Positions 58,781 through 64,000 of a DNA stretch of 64,000 nucleotides are shown in pieces. The position numbers and the translations under genes were made by a program. The notes under the pieces were generated by a model that saw only the letters and a list, made by a program, of their open reading frames with translations, ran no database searches and had not been told where the DNA came from. The DNA comes from Deferribacterales bacterium (GTDB taxonomy: Bacteria; Chrysiogenota; Deferribacteres; Deferribacterales; Geovibrionaceae), in contig JBFWLW010000001.1 in NCBI GenBank assembly GCA_050251945.1, positions 160,001 to 224,000 on the forward strand, read 5' to 3'. Within the stretch, counting starts at the first letter, position 1, and every line of letters starts with the position of its first letter.

Positions 58781-60144
58781 TGCGCAAACATTTCGGAACG
58801 GACGGCGTAAGAGGACTTGCAAACCAGTTCCCCATGACGGCGACTTTCGCACTGAGACTGGGACAGGCTGCCGCCCGTCAGTTTTATACAGGCGGAAAGA
58901 AAACTCACAGAATAGTTATCGGCAAAGATACACGAATTTCGGGATATATGTTTGAATCCGCTCTGGTGGCAGGTATTACATCCATGGGGATGGACGTTGT
59001 CCTTGTGGGGGTTTTGCCCACGCCTGCCATTGCTTTCATCACAAGAAGTCTCCGCGCTGATGCCGGAGTTGTTATCTCCGCTTCGCATAATCCTTATTAT
59101 GACAACGGGATAAAATTCTTTTCCGGAACGGGACATAAACTTCCTGATGCGGTTGAGGCTGAAATAGAAAAATTTACAGACGAGCTTATAGAAACAGGCA
59201 ACGTGCCGCTTTCGGCAGAAAAGATAGGAAAAGCTTATCGTATAGACACAGCTATCGGGCGCTACGTTGAGTTTGCAAAGAATACGTTTGACAAAGATAT
59301 AGACCTTATGGGGCTCAAAATGGTGGCGGATTGCTCGAACGGCGCCACATATAAGGTTGCGCCACTCGCTTTTGAAGAGCTTGGAGCAAAACTTACAGTA
59401 ATTGGAAACGAACCCGACGGAATAAATATAAACGAGAACTGCGGGTCGGTGTACCCGAATGTGATGTGTGAAACCGTTAAAAAGAAAAAGGCGGACATCG
59501 GCATAGCTTTCGACGGCGACGGCGACAGGGTGATCTTTTCCGACGAAAACGGCGAAGAGGTTGACGGTGACATCATAATGGGAATCTGCGCCGCGCATAT
59601 GAAAGAGGGCGGTCTTCTCCACGGCGACACAATGGTCAGCACTGTAATGAGCAACCTCGGATTTGAGCGCTCCATGAACGGCCTGGGCATAGACGTTGTG
59701 CGCACCGAAGTCGGCGACAGATACGTTATGGCTGAGATGCTCAGAAGCGGTTATAACCTCGGCGGCGAGCAGTCGGGACACATTATATTCAGCGATTACA
59801 ACACCACAGGCGACGGCATGGTCAGCGCCATGCAGCTTTTAAAGGTGCTTGTCCGTTCAGGAAAACCCCTGAGCGAACTGAAAAAAATTATAGAACTTTA
59901 TCCGCAGACGCTTAAAAACTATAAAGTTAGTAATAAAATACCGCTTTCCGAACTACCAAAAACCGGAGCGGAAATAGATGCCGTTGAAAAAGCACTCGGC
60001 AAGACGGGGCGCGTTTTTGTCCGTTATTCTGGCACAGAGAACAAGCTTCGCGTTATGCTTGAGGGTGCTGATCTTGCCAGGATAGAGGAATATGCCGAGA
60101 ACATCGGGAGCGTTGCTCTTAAAGAGATAGAGGAGCTTTCATAA
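58777..60144 (+). CDS. glmM: Phosphoglucosamine mutase
   Basis: FGTDGVRG, ISASHNP, FDGDGDR, GGEQSGH, RYSGTE. Confidence 0.97.
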   Translation: MMRKHFGTDGVRGLANQFPMTATFALRLGQAAARQFYTGGKKTHRIVIGKDTRISGYMFESALVAGITSMGMDVVLVGVLPTPAIAFITRSLRADAGVVISASHNPYYDNGIKFFSGTGHKLPDAVEAEIEKFTDELIETGNVPLSAEKIGKAYRIDTAIGRYVEFAKNTFDKDIDLMGLKMVADCSNGATYKVAPLAFEELGAKLTVIGNEPDGININENCGSVYPNVMCETVKKKKADIGIAFDGDGDRVIFSDENGEEVDGDIIMGICAAHMKEGGLLHGDTMVSTVMSNLGFERSMNGLGIDVVRTEVGDRYVMAEMLRSGYNLGGEQSGHIIFSDYNTTGDGMVSAMQLLKVLVRSGKPLSELKKIIELYPQTLKNYKVSNKIPLSELPKTGAEIDAVEKALGKTGRVFVRYSGTENKLRVMLEGADLARIEEYAENIGSVALKEIEELS

Positions 60145-60879
60145 ATGGTCAGACTGGGAATAAACATAGATCACGTTGCCACCGTTCGTCAGGCGAGACT
60201 GGCTGTTGAGCCGGATCCGGTTCATGCTGCTGTTCTGGCGGAACTGGGCGGCGCTGATCAGATAACTATACATCTTCGTGAGGACAGAAGGCACATATGC
60301 GACCGTGACCTTGCTATTCTGCGTCAGACAATCAAAACAAGACTGAATCTTGAAATGGCATGTACTGACGAAATGGTGCGGATAGCACTTGAAACAAAGC
60401 CCGACATGGTCACTCTGGTGCCTGAAAAGAGGCAGGAACTGACAACAGAAGGCGGTCTTAACGTAGTGGGCGGTTACGACGCACTGGCAGATAACGTTCA
60501 GAAGCTTAAGGACGGCGGTATATTCGTCAGTCTGTTCGTTGATGCGGATGCGGATCAGATGGAAAAATGCGCCGACATGGGTGCTGATGCTGTTGAGATA
60601 CACACGGGACACTATGCTGATGCTAAAGGTGCCGCACAGCGCGAGGAGCTTTCAAAGATAATCTTTGCGGGTGAAAAATGCCGCGAGCTGGGGCTTATAC
60701 TCAATTCCGGTCACGGGCTGAACTATCAGAACGTCGGCGAAATTGTTACTATACCGGGGATGAACGAGGTGAATATCGGTCACTCCATTATCGCCCGTGC
60801 AATATTCGTCGGTCTTGAAAGAGCCGTAAGAGAGATGAAAGAAACGATCCACAGGGCATTGATGGATGCTGGGCTGTGA
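60145..60879 (+). CDS. pdxJ: Pyridoxine 5'-phosphate synthase
   Basis: [43 protein letters not shown]. Confidence 0.97.
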   Translation: MVRLGINIDHVATVRQARLAVEPDPVHAAVLAELGGADQITIHLREDRRHICDRDLAILRQTIKTRLNLEMACTDEMVRIALETKPDMVTLVPEKRQELTTEGGLNVVGGYDALADNVQKLKDGGIFVSLFVDADADQMEKCADMGADAVEIHTGHYADAKGAAQREELSKIIFAGEKCRELGLILNSGHGLNYQNVGEIVTIPGMNEVNIGHSIIARAIFVGLERAVREMKETIHRALMDAGL

Positions 60880-61210
60880 TATTGCCGAAGTCGGCAGGAT
60901 TGAAGCGGTATATAACAGACTTGGCAACCGTTTTCTGGACAGGATACTGACACTGCGTGAACAGGAGCTTTTTAAAGCGAAGGGAGCCAAAATGCAGTTT
61001 CTAGCCGGACGTTTTGCAGCGAAGGAATCAATTTCAAAGAGTTTTAAAACGGGTATCGGAGGCGATCACTCGTTTACAGACATAGAGATATTGAACGATG
61101 ATAAAGGCGCACCCCTTGTTTATATCAAGGGTATTCTGCGTTCTGATATTGAGATAAGTATTTCCCATGACAGGCATTATGCTATGGCTGTCAGCTTGCT
61201 TAAGAGGTAG
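60866..61210 (+). CDS. acpS: Holo-ACP synthase
   Basis: [22 protein letters not shown]...A.A. Confidence 0.93.
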   Translation: MLGCDIAEVGRIEAVYNRLGNRFLDRILTLREQELFKAKGAKMQFLAGRFAAKESISKSFKTGIGGDHSFTDIEILNDDKGAPLVYIKGILRSDIEISISHDRHYAMAVSLLKR

Positions 61211-61213
61211 ATC

Positions 61214-61942
61214 ATGAGTGTTGTTGTTATCCCTGCCAGAATGGAGTCCACAAGACTGCCCGGAAAACCGCTGCGCAAGATCGCGGGTATCCCGATGATA
61301 CTGCGGGTTGCAGAAAACTGTCTGAAAACCGTTGCAGACAGAGTTATCGTTGCGACGGATTCAAAAGAGATTCTTGAAACCTGCGAAGGGTTTGCAGGTC
61401 TGGAATCCACAATGACCGCAGATGACATTCAGTCGGGGACGGACAGAGTTGCAAAGGTTGCAAAGTTTGTCGACGACGACATTATCATAAACGTTCAGGG
61501 CGACGAACCGTTCATCGACCCTAAACTTATCAACGAGCTGATAAATGACCTTAAAGAGAACCCTCAGGTGCTTATGAATACAGCCGCCTGCAAGTTTGCT
61601 GACGGTGAAGACGTAAAAGACCCGAACTGCGTTAAGGTTGTACTGGACAAAAACGGATTTGCACTGTACTTTTCTAGGTTGCCCATTCCTTATGACAGAG
61701 ACGGAAGGGGCGGCGTAACATATTATAAACACATCGGTATTTATGGTTTCAGAAAAAGCTGGCTGATGCAGTTTGCTTCTTTTGCGCAGACAGAACTTGA
61801 GAATATTGAAAAACTGGAACAGCTCAGGGCGCTGGAAAACGGCGTGAGCATAAAAGTTATAAAGACCGATTATAAGCCGGTGTCGGTGGACACCGAAGAG
61901 GACCTTATTAAAGCAGAAGAAATTATGGGCAGGAAAAACTGA
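61214..61942 (+). CDS. kdsB: 3-deoxy-manno-octulosonate cytidylyltransferase
   Basis: [38 protein letters not shown]. Confidence 0.96.
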   Translation: MSVVVIPARMESTRLPGKPLRKIAGIPMILRVAENCLKTVADRVIVATDSKEILETCEGFAGLESTMTADDIQSGTDRVAKVAKFVDDDIIINVQGDEPFIDPKLINELINDLKENPQVLMNTAACKFADGEDVKDPNCVKVVLDKNGFALYFSRLPIPYDRDGRGGVTYYKHIGIYGFRKSWLMQFASFAQTELENIEKLEQLRALENGVSIKVIKTDYKPVSVDTEEDLIKAEEIMGRKN

Positions 61943-63564
61943 TGGCTAAGTTTGTTTTCACAACCGGAGGAGTTTTATCATCACTTGGAAAGGGTATTAC
62001 GGCGGCATCGCTCGGCGCACTGCTGGAATCCAGAGGCTATAAAGTAGCCATAAAAAAATATGACCCCTACCTTAACGTTGACCCCGGAACTATGAGTCCT
62101 TTCCAGCATGGCGAAGTATTTGTTACCGAAGACGGTGCAGAGGCTGATCTCGATCTTGGACATTACGAGAGATTTCTTAACTTCAATACATCGAAAGTCA
62201 GCAACGTCACCACTGGAAAGATATACAAAACCGTTATAGACAAAGAGAGAAGCGGCGACTATCTGGGCGGTACCGTTCAGGTAATTCCTCATATCACAGA
62301 CGAAATCAAAAACAACATATATAAAGAGGCCGATCAATACGATATCATAATTATTGAAATAGGCGGCACAGTGGGCGATATCGAATCACTGCCATTTCTT
62401 GAAGCCATCAGACAGTTTAAATTCGACGCAGGCGAGGACAACGTATGCTACGTTCACCTTACACTCGTTCCTTACATCAAAAGTGCGGGAGAGCTTAAAA
62501 CCAAACCCACACAGCACTCCGTTAAAGCACTGCGCGAGATAGGTATCCAGCCGGATATCCTTGTTTGCCGTTCAGAGTATCCGCTTGACGATTCCATAAG
62601 AAGCAAAATAGGTCTTTTCTGCAACGTATCAAAAGAATACGTTATAAATGCCATAGATGTGAGTACAATTTACGAATCACCCCTTTCCATGAGAAAAGAG
62701 GGCATCGACAGGCTTGTTCTGAAGAAATTTAAAATGGAAGAGCGTGAATCCGACACTTCTTCATGGGAAGACATCGTTCACAGGATTAAACAGCCCGACG
62801 ATGAGGTGACTATCGGTCTTGTCGGTAAATACATAGACCTTAAAGACGCTTATATCAGTATAAATGAATCGCTTATTCACGGCGGGATTGCTAATAAGCT
62901 TAAGGTCAACGTCAAACGTATTGACGCTGAAAAGCTTGAAAACGGAGCCAAACCGGACGCATTTCTTGCGGATGTTGACGGTATCCTCATTCCCGGCGGT
63001 TTCGGCGAGCGCGGCGTGGAAGGTAAAATAGTTGCTATAAACTTCGGACGCACAAAGGATATTCCTACTTTCGGAATATGTCTCGGTCTTCAGTGTATGG
63101 TCATTGAATTTGCCCGCAACGTTCTTAAAATGGAAGACGCGCACAGTGTGGAGTTTAACCCTAAAACTCCTTACCCGGTGATTGACTACATGAACGAACA
63201 GAAGAACATAAAACAGATGGGCGGAACAATGCGTCTGGGCGCATATGCCTGTTCTCTTGAAGAGGACAGCACCGCGTTCAAAGCGTACGGCACCAGAAAT
63301 ATTTCGGAACGCCACAGACACAGACTTGAATTCAATAATGTGTTCAAAGACGATATGATGAAGAACGGTCTCCAGATGACAGGTATAAACGAGGAGAGAG
63401 GGCTTGCCGAGATATTCGAGTCGAAATCCCACAGATGGTTCCTTGGATGCCAGTTTCATCCGGAATTCAAATCCAAACCGTCTAAGCCGCACCCACTGTT
63501 TGCGAGCTTTATTAAAGCGGCTTACGCTTACAAAAAAGACAAGGAAAACGGTAATATTGGCTGA
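61942..63564 (+). CDS. pyrG: CTP synthase
   Basis: [37 protein letters not shown]. Confidence 0.98.
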   Translation: MAKFVFTTGGVLSSLGKGITAASLGALLESRGYKVAIKKYDPYLNVDPGTMSPFQHGEVFVTEDGAEADLDLGHYERFLNFNTSKVSNVTTGKIYKTVIDKERSGDYLGGTVQVIPHITDEIKNNIYKEADQYDIIIIEIGGTVGDIESLPFLEAIRQFKFDAGEDNVCYVHLTLVPYIKSAGELKTKPTQHSVKALREIGIQPDILVCRSEYPLDDSIRSKIGLFCNVSKEYVINAIDVSTIYESPLSMRKEGIDRLVLKKFKMEERESDTSSWEDIVHRIKQPDDEVTIGLVGKYIDLKDAYISINESLIHGGIANKLKVNVKRIDAEKLENGAKPDAFLADVDGILIPGGFGERGVEGKIVAINFGRTKDIPTFGICLGLQCMVIEFARNVLKMEDAHSVEFNPKTPYPVIDYMNEQKNIKQMGGTMRLGAYACSLEEDSTAFKAYGTRNISERHRHRLEFNNVFKDDMMKNGLQMTGINEERGLAEIFESKSHRWFLGCQFHPEFKSKPSKPHPLFASFIKAAYAYKKDKENGNIG

Positions 63565-64000
63565 TAAAGACATTCTGCAGATAGGCAGAGAAACAATACA
63601 GAGTGAAATAGATGCGCTTTCCGCCATTAAGGACAGACTTGACGAGAGCTTTGTCAGGGCTGTTGATATAATCATGTCCTGCAAGGGCAGGCTTGTTATA
63701 ACGGGAATGGGCAAAAGCGGTATCATCGCGAGAAAGATAGCCGCCACCATGTCAAGCACAGGCACTCCGTCGCTGTTTCTGCACCCCGCGGAAGGAGTAC
63801 ACGGCGACCTCGGCATGATTGTTAAGGGCGACGTATGTATCGCACTGTCAAACAGCGGCGAAACGGCAGAAGTAATAAAACTCATTCCGCTGATAAAGCG
63901 TTTCAGCATACCGCTAATATCCATTGTCGGCAGAGTACCTTCGACTCTGGCGGATAGAAGTGACTGTGTTTTGGACGCTTCAGTTGAGCGCGAGGCATGT
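63557..64000 (+). CDS. kdsD: Arabinose-5-phosphate isomerase, KpsF/GutQ family, 5' part (runs off window end)
   Basis: Manual translation from TTG 63557: [21 protein letters not shown]...[43 protein letters not shown]. Confidence 0.92.
   Translation, partial: MADKDILQIGRETIQSEIDALSAIKDRLDESFVRAVDIIMSCKGRLVITGMGKSGIIARKIAATMSSTGTPSLFLHPAEGVHGDLGMIVKGDVCIALSNSGETAEVIKLIPLIKRFSIPLISIVGRVPSTLADRSDCVLDASVEREAC

Noticed and set aside
58525..59781. 418-aa antisense ORF, and similarly 62761-63924, 57112-57930, 56294-57046, 38030-38698 and 19258-19875
   Set aside because: Shadow frames opposite well-conserved genes, with no motifs or RBS

Overview
A 64-kb bacterial chromosome segment. Gene content and order suggest an anaerobic Gram-negative, probably Deferribacterota (Denitrovibrio/Seleniivibrio-like); this is inference only. 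Both ends are housekeeping: lysS, mreBCD-mrdA-rodA, a radical SAM gene, trxA and feoAB on the left; a tightly packed dinG-pgi-tilS-hpt-ftsH-folP-cdaA-cdaR-glmM-pdxJ-acpS-kdsB-pyrG-kdsD run on the right. The middle holds signalling genes (LuxR solo, GGDEF, EAL-HDOD, histidine kinase, STAS), three RRM RNA-binding paralogs, an SsuABC-type ABC transporter with a QueG-like Fe-S protein, ahbD, an acetate CoA-transferase, an LPP20/lytic transglycosylase/FecR envelope cluster, malic enzyme with a TAXI-TRAP transporter, flavodoxin, hcp, and one AT-rich KAP NTPase gene. I saw no tRNA, rRNA, CRISPR array, transposase or prophage. The most notable signals are: (i) a family of REP/MITE-like palindromic elements sitting between duplicated intrinsic terminators at three loci; (ii) a conserved ~205-215 nt 5' leader on two RRM genes; (iii) a structured candidate small RNA behind an inverted-repeat operator upstream of the LuxR solo; (iv) several apparently leaderless genes; (v) an 11-residue aromatic repeat shared by the FecR protein and the neighbouring transglycosylase.
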